From assembly GCA_963806535.1 (NCBI GenBank), contig CAWDYC010000008.1, positions 139,614-203,613 on the forward strand: a stretch of DNA of 64,000 nt, written 5' to 3'. This document shows, in pieces, positions 9,932 through 21,355 of this stretch. The translations under genes and the position numbers were made by a program. Below the pieces are notes generated by a model, which saw only the letters and a list, made by a program, of their open reading frames with translations, did not search any database and was not told where the DNA came from. The stretch comes from Candidatus Bathyarchaeota archaeon. GTDB lineage: Archaea; Thermoproteota; Bathyarchaeia; Bathyarchaeales; Bathycorpusculaceae. Position 1 is the stretch's first letter. Each line of letters starts with the position of its first letter.

Positions 9932-11389
9932 CTATTTTTTTCCAAGAGGAAATTCAAGGGTGAACCTTGTTCCTTTTCCAACTTGGCTTTCAACACTTAC
10001 CTTACCATTTAAGGCCTCAGTCAACTTTTTGACAACTGCCAAACCGAAACCTTGTCCTTTAGCTTTAGTTGTAAATAGAGGCTTGAAGAGTTTATCTTTT
10101 GATTCCTCTGGTATACCTACACCGGTATCTTGGACAGTTATCACCAACGTATGGTCGTTGTTTTCAGCTTCAAGGGTTAGTTTTCCACCTTCTGGCATGG
10201 CTTGAACTGCATTTGAAGATAGATTTATTAGAATTCTCTTCATAGCGGCAGGATCGGTCAATAATTTATTAAGGCAAGGCTCTACAGAATAAAAGACATT
10301 TATGTTTTCAGGAATTTTCAAGTTTGAAAAAACATCATCAACAATTTTTGTAAAATCAGTTTCTTCAATTGAAGCAGCTATGGGTTTAGCATAGTCTTGA
10401 AGATCGGTGACAATCTTGTTTATATAAAATGTATTATCTTCAATTGATTGTACGCTTTCCTGCAGGTACTTTTTAGATTGGCTATCAGGCAAATCCTCTA
10501 TTTCTTTTTTTGATAAGAACAGCTCGCCGATGATAGCTTGCAAGGGATTGCGGATGTCATGACCAACCATCCCCGCTGTAGCGCCAATTGCAGCTAGACG
10601 TTCATTATCTTGAAGCTGTTTTTCTAAACTCATACGCTTACTAATATCATTAAATAATATGCCCACTTTCCAGGGTTTTCCTTCACCGACTGGGAATGCA
10701 AAAACATCGTAATAACGGTTCAATGCTCTTGCTTCATTAGTGAAACGAACGGGCTCTCCTGTCATGGCGACCTTACCGTAGATCTGAAACCAATGCTCTT
10801 CATGATTTGGAACAAGACTGCGCATTAATTTTCCCGCTGCGTCATGTAATCCCGTCTGTTTCTCAAATGAAGCGTTAATTTCCAGAAACCGATAGTCCAG
10901 AGGCTTTGCATCTGCATCAAAAATCAACTCGACAATGCAGAAGCCCTCGTCAATCGAATCAAACAATGTTCGGTATCTTGCCTCACTTACCTTCAGCGAA
11001 AGCGTACGTTTTTCAACGGTTTCCTCTAATTTCTTACGTTCAATGGCATAACGTATCGCTCGAAATAGTAAAGTAGCGTCAAACTTTCCTTTGATAAGAT
11101 AGTCTTGCGCACCTCTTCGGACTGCTTCTAAAGCTACTGAGTCATCGTTGAAACCAGTTAAGACAAGAATAGGTAATTGTTTCGCGGATGCATGTATCTT
11201 TTCAAAAGTATTTAGACCCTGACTATCAGGCAGTCCAAGATCAAGCAAAATGGCATCTATGCCATTTGCTGCCAAACGATCTAATCCTTTTGAAAGCCGG
11301 TCGACGCGCTCTATTTTGCGTATACCCGTTTGTTCAGTTAGCATCTCTTCAATAAGCCGAGCGTCACCAGCGTTGTCTTCAATCAGCAA
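9932..11389 (-). CDS. Hybrid sensor histidine kinase (REC-PAS-HisKA-HATPase)
   Basis: LIEDN..D / LLDLGLPD receiver, PAS, HDIRNPL H-box, DTGVGI and GQGFGL; true start probably a few codons upstream. Confidence 0.93.
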   Translation of the reverse strand: MLIEDNAGDARLIEEMLTEQTGIRKIERVDRLSKGLDRLAANGIDAILLDLGLPDSQGLNTFEKIHASAKQLPILVLTGFNDDSVALEAVRRGAQDYLIKGKFDATLLFRAIRYAIERKKLEETVEKRTLSLKVSEARYRTLFDSIDEGFCIVELIFDADAKPLDYRFLEINASFEKQTGLHDAAGKLMRSLVPNHEEHWFQIYGKVAMTGEPVRFTNEARALNRYYDVFAFPVGEGKPWKVGILFNDISKRMSLEKQLQDNERLAAIGATAGMVGHDIRNPLQAIIGELFLSKKEIEDLPDSQSKKYLQESVQSIEDNTFYINKIVTDLQDYAKPIAASIEETDFTKIVDDVFSNLKIPENINVFYSVEPCLNKLLTDPAAMKRILINLSSNAVQAMPEGGKLTLEAENNDHTLVITVQDTGVGIPEESKDKLFKPLFTTKAKGQGFGLAVVKKLTEALNGKVSVESQVGKGTRFTLEFPLGKK

Positions 11390-11401
11390 GATTCTAATTT
11401 T

Positions 11402-11851
11402 CTATTGCTCCTTTGGAGGCAGTTTTACTATAGTGAACCAGAATTCTTCAAGTGCATGAATTATTTCAACGAATCGGTTTAAGTCAACAGGTTTGGTGAT
11501 GTAGGCGTTTGCATGCAGATTGTATGTTTTGATTATGTCTTCATCTGCTTTTGATGTTGTTAGGATAATCACGGGAATATGCTTAAGCTTGGGGTCTTTC
11601 TTGACTTCAGCTAATACTTCTCGACCATCTTTTCTAGGCAAATTCAAATCCAATAGTATCATATCGGGAATCGGGGCATCTACAAATTGTCCTTGCCTAT
11701 GCAAGAAGTCCATTGCTTCGACGCCATCTTTAGCGACGTAAATTTCGTTTAGTACTTTTGCATCTTTTAGGGCTTCTTTGGTTAACCGAACGTCTCCAGG
11801 ATTGTCTTCCACTAGTAAAATATCCACCGCTTCTGCATTAACTTTCTTCAT
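11402..11851 (-). CDS. Single-domain response regulator (Rcp1-like)
   Basis: ILLVEDNPGD, ILLDLNLPRKDG, LTTS, YITKPVD, FW.TIVKLP. Confidence 0.95.
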   Translation of the reverse strand: MKKVNAEAVDILLVEDNPGDVRLTKEALKDAKVLNEIYVAKDGVEAMDFLHRQGQFVDAPIPDMILLDLNLPRKDGREVLAEVKKDPKLKHIPVIILTTSKADEDIIKTYNLHANAYITKPVDLNRFVEIIHALEEFWFTIVKLPPKEQ

Positions 11852-11856
11852 TTCTT

Positions 11857-13734
11857 TTAATCACTCCTTTTTTGTTTGTTTAATGTGAAATAGATAGTTG
11901 AACCTTTTCCCACTTGTGACTTGATCCAGATTCGTCCGCCATGGCGTTCTACGATCCTTTTACAAACGGCAAGACCTATTCCGGAACCAGGATATTCTTC
12001 TCTGGTATGAAGACGCTGGAAAATCTTGAAAAGCCTATCGAAATATTCTGGGGCAATACCTATGCCGTTATCACGCACTGAAAAAACGTATTCATTTCCT
12101 CTATCTTGAGCTGACACGTGAACTCGTGAGGGCTCTTTTCCATGGAACTTTATTGCGTTGCCGATCAAATTTTGAAGCAGTTGAACAAGTTGCCCTCCAT
12201 CAGCGTTAACTACTGGAAGCTTATCATGCGTCACCACTGCGTTGTTTTCCGTAATTGACGCCTTCAGATTCAGAAGCACTACTTCAAGGGTTGACTCAAG
12301 GTTCGTTGGTTCAAATGGCTTGCCAAGTCTGCTAACTCGAGAATAAGTCAAAAGGTCATCGATTAAGCCTCGCATACGGTTGGCTCCATCAACAGCGTAG
12401 CCAATGAACTCGTCAGCGTCCTTGTCTAATTTTCCTTTGTATCTCCGCTCCAATAGCTGGACGTAACTTGCTACCATGCGCAGTGGCTCTTGAAGGTCAT
12501 GCGATGCTACATAGGCAAATTGTTCCAATTCAGAATTTGACTGTTTGAGTTTTTCCATGGTTAGTTTTATTTCATTCTCCATTGCGTTGCGTTCGGTAAC
12601 ATCTCTTGCAGCTGCAAAAACACCTTGTATGTCGCCTTGTGGGTTTCTATAAATTGATGCGTTGTACAATACGTCGGTAATTTTGCCCGACTTATGACGA
12701 ATTGCCAAGGGATAATCTTTGACAAAGCCTTCGGTGAAAACTTTCTGGTATCCTGCTCTTGCATCTCTGGGTTCAGTGAAATAATCGGAAAAATCGCTAT
12801 CGACAAGTTCTTCTCGAGTGCATCCGGTAACGTCTTCAGTTGCCTTGTTAACATCGGTAATCTTTCCTTCCTTGCTAATAGTAACCAGCGGGTCTAAGCT
12901 TGCCTCGATTAAGCTTCTTGAATAAAGTGAGGCAGCAAACAATTTTTGTTCAGCTATTTTCCGTTCGGTTACATCACGCGCAGCTGCGAAAACTCCCTGA
13001 ATTGTACCATCTTCATTTCTGTAAACTGTGGCATTGTATAATACATCAGTGATTTTGCCAGATTGGTGACGTATAGCAAGCGGGTAATCTGTAACGTATC
13101 CCTCTGTAAACACTTTTTTGTAACCGATCCGAGCTTTTTCTGGTTCCGTAAAGTAATCTGAAAAATCGCTTCCGATCAATTGATCGCGTGTGTAGCCAGT
13201 GACTTCCTCAGTTGATTTGTTGACGTCCGTGATTTTACCTTCTGCGCTAATAGTAACTAAAGGATCAAGGCTTGCTTCGATTAAGCTACGAGAATATAAA
13301 GAGACGCTTTTCAGCTTCTCTTCTGCTTGCCTACGCTCAGTGATGTCCCGAGCTGCAGCAAAGACACCTTGAATTTCTCCAGCCGCGTTCTTGTAAACGC
13401 TTGCATTGTACAATACATAGGTTACTTTGCCTGATTTATGACGAATAGCCAGAGGATAATCTCTTACATAGCCTTCCGTGAACACTTTTCTGTATCCAGC
13501 TCGAGCCTCCTGAGGTTTGGTGAAGTAGTCGGAAAAATCGCTTCCAATCAATAAGTCCCTTGAACATCCAGTGACTAGTTCTGTGGCTTTGTTGACGTCG
13601 GTTATTTTTCCTTCGGCACTGATTGTCACAAGAGGATCAAGGCTTGCTTCAATAAGACTTCGTGCATATAACGATGCAGAACGAGTCTCATCAGCCGTTT
13701 TTCCCTTAACCGGTAGCTTTTCGTTTTTCACCAA
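11857..13734 (-). CDS. Triple-PAS sensor histidine kinase (Cph1-like kinase core)
   Basis: Three PAS-PAC repeats; FAYVASHDLQEPLR, NLIGNAIKF, DNGIGI, GSGIGL. Confidence 0.95.
   Translation of the reverse strand: MVKNEKLPVKGKTADETRSASLYARSLIEASLDPLVTISAEGKITDVNKATELVTGCSRDLLIGSDFSDYFTKPQEARAGYRKVFTEGYVRDYPLAIRHKSGKVTYVLYNASVYKNAAGEIQGVFAAARDITERRQAEEKLKSVSLYSRSLIEASLDPLVTISAEGKITDVNKSTEEVTGYTRDQLIGSDFSDYFTEPEKARIGYKKVFTEGYVTDYPLAIRHQSGKITDVLYNATVYRNEDGTIQGVFAAARDVTERKIAEQKLFAASLYSRSLIEASLDPLVTISKEGKITDVNKATEDVTGCTREELVDSDFSDYFTEPRDARAGYQKVFTEGFVKDYPLAIRHKSGKITDVLYNASIYRNPQGDIQGVFAAARDVTERNAMENEIKLTMEKLKQSNSELEQFAYVASHDLQEPLRMVASYVQLLERRYKGKLDKDADEFIGYAVDGANRMRGLIDDLLTYSRVSRLGKPFEPTNLESTLEVVLLNLKASITENNAVVTHDKLPVVNADGGQLVQLLQNLIGNAIKFHGKEPSRVHVSAQDRGNEYVFSVRDNGIGIAPEYFDRLFKIFQRLHTREEYPGSGIGLAVCKRIVERHGGRIWIKSQVGKGSTIYFTLNKQKRSD
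12560..13674 (-). repeat. Three tandem ~372-bp intragenic PAS-PAC repeats
   Basis: SLY(A/S)RSLIEASLDPLVTIS...GVFAAARD(I/V)TER repeated three times at 124-aa spacing. Confidence 0.9.
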
Positions 13735-13984
13735 ATATAGGTTGCCTTCGTAATAATTTTCAATTAATTAGAGACTATTACAAAATATTTGATGATAAAA
13801 GCTTTTTCATTTGGTGTAACAAAATTGGACGTACATTATAAAATCATAAGTTATCGCTCAAGTACAATACCTGTCGTGGGGGGTTCGACATTTTTGGGGG
13901 CATAGTGAAGCATTAGTTAAGTTTAAAATCTTCTCTAAAGATATAGGTAGAGCACCAATCTGAGATCGTAGGGGAAAAGGGTTT

Positions 13985-16201
13985 ATGGTAAATCAGCCAC
14001 CGCAACGCGCACGCGGCGTAAAAGTACTCAAAGCCGTCTCGTCACCTCTCAGACTGCAAATCTTAAACTTACTTTTCGACAAAAGCGCTCTCTCGTACAC
14101 TGAATTAATGAACCAGTTGAAAATGAATCCCAGCCGAGATGCAGGTAGATTCGCTTATCACCTAAAATTTATGTTAAAAGCTGATTTGGTTGAGGCAGAT
14201 GTTGAAGCAAAAAAATATTATCTGACTGACCTTGGCAAAATGGTTCTTGATGTTGCTGATCGTGTGGAAAAGAAAGCGTTTAAGCCGAAAGGAATGATTG
14301 TCCGCACATCCCATTTAACACTTGAAGAGTTTGACGCAAACAAAATAGCTAATTCTCTAATAAAAGAAGCAAAAGTGCCGGCTGAACTTGCTCAAAAAGC
14401 AGCTAAAGAAACTGAAAAACGTTTAATCAAATCAAAAACAAAGTATTTGACTGCCGCTTTAATCAGGGAAGTCGTGAATGGTATTTTAATTGAGAAGGGC
14501 TATGAAGAATACCGCCATAAACTCACTAGAGTCGGCATGCCCGTGCATGAGGTAACAGTTTCAATTGAATCAAAAGACCAAACCACTGATTCAACTGCTT
14601 TACTTATTAGGGCAGGTCAAGCAGTTCTTAGCGAGTACACTTTACTCAACATTTTTCCAAGAGATATTGCTGACGCTCACCTTTCAGGTGCCATCCACAT
14701 TGACAATTTAGGCACATGGATACTGAAACCAAACGAAGTCAGCCATGACATGCGTTTCTTCTTCCAAAACGGGGTCAAACTCGACAATCCACTTCAAACA
14801 TCAATGGAGCCACCGAGAGATTTTGAATCTGCTTTGTCAATTGCATTCAATATGCTTTTGCATGCAAGCAAAGAAACAAATCGGGTCCAGATATGTAATT
14901 ACTTCAACATTTTTCTTGCACCCTTTGCTAAAGGTGCTGAAACGACAAGAATAAAGGAAAATTTACGTTTGTTTATTTTAAACGTAAACCAACAAACCGA
15001 ATCTACATTAGTTCTTGAACTTTCAATTCCAAAATCAACCGCTGAAAAAGAAGCAATGGGCCCACTTGGAAAAATCGCAGGAAAATATGGCGATTATGCT
15101 CAAGAAAGCCAATTGCTGGCCTCAATTATTATTGATATATTCTTGGAAGAAAACGCCAAAAAACCCCTACTTAATCCTAAACTCATAATTAGGATTAACC
15201 AGGACAGTTTAGCCGATGAAAACGCCAAGGAAATTCTATTTAAGGCACACCGATTATCTGCAGAGAGAGGAACACCCTATTTTGCCAACATAACAAAAAA
15301 AGAAACCGAAAACACTGTTTTCTCACCTTCAGGAGCTAAACTTTCAGCGGACCTGACAGGAGATTGGGAAACCGACACACTTCGGACAGGCTGTCTTGGT
15401 TGCGTAACAATAAATTTGCCCAGAATTGTTCAAGAAAGTGAGAAGGACAAAAACAAATTTTTCGAGCTTGTAAGGGAACGTTTTGAAGTTGCCGCTCGAA
15501 CCATAGGAATCAAGAACAATGCATTAAAGCAATTTGGAAAAAACTCCTTGCCGTTCCTGCTAAAAAGCTCCAGTGGAGACACTTATTTCAGGCTTGAAAA
15601 CTGCTCCAGAATTATCAACTTGGCTGGATTTAGAGAGGCAGTAGAAGCTTTTACCGAAAAAAACATTAACTCTGATGAGAGCCGCAAGTTTGCCGAAGAA
15701 ATCATTCAGAATCTTCTGGCCTTCAAACAGAAAATCGGCAGAAAACATGGAAAGAGACTGTACCCCGTCATTCTTAGCAATCCTGAAGCGTCTGAGAGGC
15801 TCGCCCAATTAGACATTGAGAAGTATGGAGTCGCCAAGACAAAGTTTTCGGGAACCAGAGAAAAACCATATTACTCAACCGCTAGACGATTCCAAGTGAA
15901 GGCTGCTGAAATTCTAACCATAGCACCCGAAATACTAGAAATGGCGCAAAAAATGAAGGGGCTAAGTGTCGGTGGAACCCTGGATATTATAGAGTTAGAT
16001 GGTGCTGAAGTAAAACCTGAAGCATTAATGGATTTAACAAAACGCATTATTGAAAACCAATCTTTGGAGTTTTTCACTTACAACCGCATCATCAGTTACT
16101 GTGATAACTGCAAGAAAAGCTGGTTTGGAACAGTTCACAAATGTCCATCCTGCGGCTCAATGAGCGCATTGACGACGTTCGATCGCTTCACTTCTATATG
16201 A
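13985..16201 (+). CDS. ArsR-like winged HTH + ATP-cone + class III ribonucleotide reductase (NrdD)-like domain, catalytically degenerate
   Basis: wHTH aa ~10-90; ATP-cone ~104-172; NrdD motifs ADAHLSGAIHI, GKYGDY, GTPYF, TGDWETDTLRTG..VTINLPR and C-terminal CxxC..CPxC; catalytic Cys and Gly positions absent. Confidence 0.85.
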   Translation: MVNQPPQRARGVKVLKAVSSPLRLQILNLLFDKSALSYTELMNQLKMNPSRDAGRFAYHLKFMLKADLVEADVEAKKYYLTDLGKMVLDVADRVEKKAFKPKGMIVRTSHLTLEEFDANKIANSLIKEAKVPAELAQKAAKETEKRLIKSKTKYLTAALIREVVNGILIEKGYEEYRHKLTRVGMPVHEVTVSIESKDQTTDSTALLIRAGQAVLSEYTLLNIFPRDIADAHLSGAIHIDNLGTWILKPNEVSHDMRFFFQNGVKLDNPLQTSMEPPRDFESALSIAFNMLLHASKETNRVQICNYFNIFLAPFAKGAETTRIKENLRLFILNVNQQTESTLVLELSIPKSTAEKEAMGPLGKIAGKYGDYAQESQLLASIIIDIFLEENAKKPLLNPKLIIRINQDSLADENAKEILFKAHRLSAERGTPYFANITKKETENTVFSPSGAKLSADLTGDWETDTLRTGCLGCVTINLPRIVQESEKDKNKFFELVRERFEVAARTIGIKNNALKQFGKNSLPFLLKSSSGDTYFRLENCSRIINLAGFREAVEAFTEKNINSDESRKFAEEIIQNLLAFKQKIGRKHGKRLYPVILSNPEASERLAQLDIEKYGVAKTKFSGTREKPYYSTARRFQVKAAEILTIAPEILEMAQKMKGLSVGGTLDIIELDGAEVKPEALMDLTKRIIENQSLEFFTYNRIISYCDNCKKSWFGTVHKCPSCGSMSALTTFDRFTSI

Positions 16202-16204
16202 AAG

Positions 16205-17158
<954 letters not shown>

Positions 17159-17309
17159 CTAAATAACACTTTGTATAGAACCAATAGTTTTTTTTCCGCC
17201 AAGTTAGTGCTTATATGCTTTTGTGGTTGTTCGGCGACTGCTACACAGTTTTAATAGCAACCGTTCGCCCATAGTATTTCCAATTAGAAATTTTAAAAGG
17301 TGTTTTAAA

Positions 17310-17507
17310 ATGGAAGCAATAATGGAAAAAATTTCTAAACGACAAAAAACAAAAGAATCTTTCAATTATAACGGATATATGCCCAGAATATACGAAGTCA
17401 GATCTCCATGCCAATGGCTTGAAAATTGCCACGACGGCAAATGCCCAGCTTTCACCAAACTTAATGGTAACTTTTATTGCGCACGCGCAAACCAAATCCA
17501 CCTCTAA
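17310..17507 (+). CDS. Small Cys-rich hypothetical protein
   Basis: Four Cys in PCQWLENCHDGKCPAF...FYC; ATG at 17310. Confidence 0.45.
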   Translation: MEAIMEKISKRQKTKESFNYNGYMPRIYEVRSPCQWLENCHDGKCPAFTKLNGNFYCARANQIHL

Positions 17508-17571
17508 ATTTTTCTATTTTTAATTGAAAAAGTTTATCATTAACTTTCTAAGAGTATTCATTAAAATCGCA

Positions 17572-18483
17572 TTAACTTTTCAAAGCAGCTATCGCTTCTT
17601 TAATGATAGCAACTGATTTTCCAAAACGCTCCTTCGTTTCATTTGACAGATCTAACTCAATTATTTTTTCAACTCCCTGTTTTCCAACAACTACAGGTAC
17701 ACCGATAGAAACGTCTGAAAAACCGTATTCACCACTAAGACAAGTTGATACGCTCATAACCCGGTTTCTTCCCGTCAGAATAGCGTCCGCCATAATCGCA
17801 ATAACGGTTCCGGGAGCGTACTCTGTTGAACCTTTAAGTTTTATCACGTCTGCCCCCGAAGATACCGTTAAATGTATTATTTTTTCAATCTGCTCTTTAT
17901 TTAGCAATTTTGTTACTGGAATACCCGAGACAGAAGCGTATTCAACAAGTGGAACCATGGAGTCGCCATGTTCACCAATCACTAAAGCACGTGTGTCCTC
18001 TCTCGAAACATTAAGTTCATTTGCAATGTACGTTCTAAAACGCATTGTATCCAAAATATTTCCCATGCCAAACAAGCAACATCTAGGAAAACCTGATTCT
18101 TGCGAAGCAACATAAGTCATGATATCAACCGGGTTGGTAACAATCATAAGCTTGCACTTAGGTGCATATTTAACAACTTCCTTAACGATTGACCGCATGA
18201 TTTGGGCATTGGTATTCAATAAATCGAAGCGTGTCATATCAGGTCTTCTGCCAAGCCCAGCCGTTACAATAACAAGTTCTGAGCCTTCCATTTGGCTGAA
18301 ATCACTAGTCCCTTGGATTGTTCCATCAAACTCGATGGCGGGCGCTGCCTGCATCATATCAAGGGCTTCCCCTTTTGCCTGGTTTTCGTTGGCGTCAATT
18401 AGAACTACATCGCTTATTTTATAACGAAGAATATCGAAGGCAGCGGCACTTCCGACTTTGCCCGCTCCAATTACTGTTATCAT
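17572..18483 (-). CDS. mdh: Malate dehydrogenase (LDH-like)
   Basis: VIGAGKVG, TAGLGRRP.MTR.DL, VTNPVD, LDTMR, GEHGDSM. Confidence 0.92.
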   Translation of the reverse strand: MITVIGAGKVGSAAAFDILRYKISDVVLIDANENQAKGEALDMMQAAPAIEFDGTIQGTSDFSQMEGSELVIVTAGLGRRPDMTRFDLLNTNAQIMRSIVKEVVKYAPKCKLMIVTNPVDIMTYVASQESGFPRCCLFGMGNILDTMRFRTYIANELNVSREDTRALVIGEHGDSMVPLVEYASVSGIPVTKLLNKEQIEKIIHLTVSSGADVIKLKGSTEYAPGTVIAIMADAILTGRNRVMSVSTCLSGEYGFSDVSIGVPVVVGKQGVEKIIELDLSNETKERFGKSVAIIKEAIAALKS

Positions 18484-18584
18484 ACAATAAAATTAAGATT
18501 ATATCCTTAGATATAATCTGCTCGCTAGGGACTACTAAACTAAAAAAAGATTTGTTAGAGTTCTGATTGCAAGAAAAATCTTAT

Positions 18585-19037
18585 TTATCTCACTATAACC
18601 ACTGGGCACGGCGCCAAATGAGCAACCTTCTCACTGATGCTCCCCAAAAAACGTTCCCTTACCATGCCCAAACCTTTATGTCCAATAACAATCGCATCAA
18701 AACCGCTATCTTTAGCCACATTCACAATTTCAACAGCGGGATCTCCATCTCTCAGCATCGATGAAACTACCAAATCAGGCTTAACTGCCTTCGCATGGGA
18801 AACAGCTTTACTTAAGATCTCTTCATGAATCTTTCGTAAATCTTTACCAAGAATAGTCATATTATCGAAAGAATAAGTTGTCGATTCTTGAGGAACCACA
18901 CCCATAGCCAGCACTTCAGAAACGTTCAACACCGTTACAGCTGAAGCGAATTTTTCTGCTAAATCTAGAGCAAAATCTAAGACCCGATCTGAGTTTTCAG
19001 AGCCATCCACAGCTACCAAAATATTTTGAATCAACAT
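18585..19037 (-). CDS. Universal stress protein (UspA family)
   Basis: ILVAVDGS, GDPA.EI, IG..G...FLGSISEKV...APCPVVIVR. Confidence 0.95.
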   Translation of the reverse strand: MLIQNILVAVDGSENSDRVLDFALDLAEKFASAVTVLNVSEVLAMGVVPQESTTYSFDNMTILGKDLRKIHEEILSKAVSHAKAVKPDLVVSSMLRDGDPAVEIVNVAKDSGFDAIVIGHKGLGMVRERFLGSISEKVAHLAPCPVVIVR

Positions 19038-19255
19038 AAGAGTGAAGCGCCTATGAAGTAATTAGTAAACGGAGATTAAGGTTTTTCTCAAAACCAACAG
19101 TTTGAACTATTCTTTCAGGCTATTTCCTTTTAGCTGTGTTCGATTGTTTTTTTAACGATTTTCTTTAAACAATATAAAGGTAAAGTGTTACTTAGTAACT
19201 AAAAGAGGCATGTGGGGGTTCATCAATCAATAAGCATATTCAGATCCTAACAGTC

Positions 19256-20872
19256 ATGCTTATTATTGCAACGATAATTTTGTCAGCACCCAATTTCCCT
19301 GACATCAAAGCTCAAGATAATCAATCCCCATGGAATCTGCTGACACCTATGCCAACAGCTCGAAGCGCACTCGGAGTTGCAGTTGTCGATGGAAAAATCT
19401 ATGCTATCGGAGGTTTGAGCGGTGATGTACAGCTTCGAAATAATGAACAGTACGACCCCGTTTTAAACACTTGGACTGTTGAAATGCCGATGCCTACCGC
19501 CAGAAGCGGTTTCGCAATTGCTGCTTACAATGGCAAAATATATGTTATAGGCGGAACAGTGGGCAATGGCTTTGTAGGAAACAACGAAGTATATGATCCG
19601 GCAACGAATACGTGGGAGACAAAAGCTTCAATGCCCACGCCCCGCTCAGACTTAAGTGCAAGTGTAGTAAATGATAAAATCTACTTAATTGGCGGAAAAA
19701 AATATTCGAATACGAATCCCTATTTCACTGAAACAAACACAAATGAAGTTTATGATCCAGCTAATGATTCATGGACGACTAAAGCTGCTATCCCAACTGC
19801 TACCTACGGATATGGATCAGCAATCATAAACCAAAAAATCTACATTGCCGGTGGTTCACAAACCCCAATATCGCAACAGCAAAGTGGCGATTTCGTCCAC
19901 GCAAATCAAGTTTATGACCCACAAACAGATAATTGGACTTCAGCGGCAAATTTGCCTTCCTCGGTTTCTTATGCCGCTACGGCTGCAACTCAAGACTATT
20001 TAGCGCCTGCTCGAATATATCTTGCAGGTGGATATTTTCAAAATACCATAACAAGCATAACTCAAATCTATAATCCCTCTAATAACTCATGGACTATAGG
20101 CACACCATTATCTTCGCCGCGAGCAGACTTGGCTTTTGCAGTCGTAAACGATGTTTTATATGCAATCGGCGGATTTGACGGACAAAATCCAGTTAATACG
20201 AATGAGCAGTTTAAACCTGCTGATTATGGAACAGTTCCGCCGATTCTTCGGATTACTTCTCCTGAAAACAAAACTTATTCTAAAGCAAGTTTGGCTTTTA
20301 CCATTAACAGGGGCACGTCATGGATAGGATACAGTTTAGATAATCAAGTAAATGAAACAGTAAAGGAAGGAACTAACACTAGTCTAATTGGTTTATTTCA
20401 AGGACCACACAGCATCATACTATACGCCAATGATAGCCAAGGACACATGGGTTATTCTAACACAGTTTACTTTTCCATTGATTCGATTCCTCCAGTAATC
20501 AAGATAATAGTTCCACTAAACCAAACGTATGGCTCAACTGATACAGAATTGACCTTCACCCTTAATGAGAAAGCAAAAGAGTTATCTTACAGTTTAGATG
20601 GCCAAGTCAACATAACTATAATTGGAAATGTCACTTTACCAGCGTTAACCGATGGACCCCACCGTTTAACCATTTACGCAACAGATGAAGTTGGTAATGC
20701 CGGTTCAACCACTGTTTATTTTAGCATTTCTTCATTTCCATTCTTGACAGTTGTTGCAGTTGCAGTCATCATAATTATCGTAGCAGCCTCAGGATATCTG
20801 TTTTATAAACATAGAAAACCTGTCAAAAGCGAACAAAAAGAAACAAGAATTTTAGACAATATTGATGAATAA
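19256..20872 (+). CDS. Membrane-anchored Kelch beta-propeller surface protein with two Ig-like domains
   Basis: Six Kelch repeats (KIY.IGG...E.YDP...W), two YSLD Ig-like repeats, signal peptide, C-terminal TM with basic tail. Confidence 0.9.
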   Translation: MLIIATIILSAPNFPDIKAQDNQSPWNLLTPMPTARSALGVAVVDGKIYAIGGLSGDVQLRNNEQYDPVLNTWTVEMPMPTARSGFAIAAYNGKIYVIGGTVGNGFVGNNEVYDPATNTWETKASMPTPRSDLSASVVNDKIYLIGGKKYSNTNPYFTETNTNEVYDPANDSWTTKAAIPTATYGYGSAIINQKIYIAGGSQTPISQQQSGDFVHANQVYDPQTDNWTSAANLPSSVSYAATAATQDYLAPARIYLAGGYFQNTITSITQIYNPSNNSWTIGTPLSSPRADLAFAVVNDVLYAIGGFDGQNPVNTNEQFKPADYGTVPPILRITSPENKTYSKASLAFTINRGTSWIGYSLDNQVNETVKEGTNTSLIGLFQGPHSIILYANDSQGHMGYSNTVYFSIDSIPPVIKIIVPLNQTYGSTDTELTFTLNEKAKELSYSLDGQVNITIIGNVTLPALTDGPHRLTIYATDEVGNAGSTTVYFSISSFPFLTVVAVAVIIIIVAASGYLFYKHRKPVKSEQKETRILDNIDE

Positions 20873-21100
20873 ATAAAAATCTTCAAAAGCCAAATCTATT
20901 CAACAGTGAATTTCGCAATTACGCCGATTCAAGCCCCTAAGAACTTCCTGTCCGCTCCTCAAAAAATCAAGAGATCCTAAAGCCCAAGAGATTACAATAA
21001 TTCTAACTATTTTGTCGCTAATCGGAGCAAGCAACAAACGTTTTTGTAAAGAGAAAATTTAAGTAAATAAGATAGCAACACTTAATGGAGGTCTTGGGCA

Positions 21101-21352
21101 ATGGGCTATGAAGTCGATTATACTGCGGGCGAGCGGGCAGGCTGTTCTTCAGAATTGGTCATTGCAGACAGAATCTTCTACGTAAAACACTTTTCCGGTA
21201 GCAGATCAAGATTTTTCTCAGGAGATCAAAAAGGAGTTATTCAAAAAGAAATTTCAAAAGCAGAATTTGACCTGTGGGTTAACATTTTAGCCGATAGTGA
21301 AGCCCAAGCGTTGGAAGTACAACAAAGACTTAGTCTAGGAAAAAAATACTAA
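21101..21352 (+). CDS. Small hypothetical protein
   Basis: GGAGGT RBS upstream of ATG, 83-aa ORF. Confidence 0.7.
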   Translation: MGYEVDYTAGERAGCSSELVIADRIFYVKHFSGSRSRFFSGDQKGVIQKEISKAEFDLWVNILADSEAQALEVQQRLSLGKKY

Positions 21353-21355
21353 GTT

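Noticed and set aside
13872-13893. TGTCG-N9-CGACA upstream of the HTH-NrdD gene, sharing GTTCGACATTT with the trmB promoter palindrome
   Set aside because: Half-site spacing differs, and 11-bp matches are expected by chance in 64 kb.
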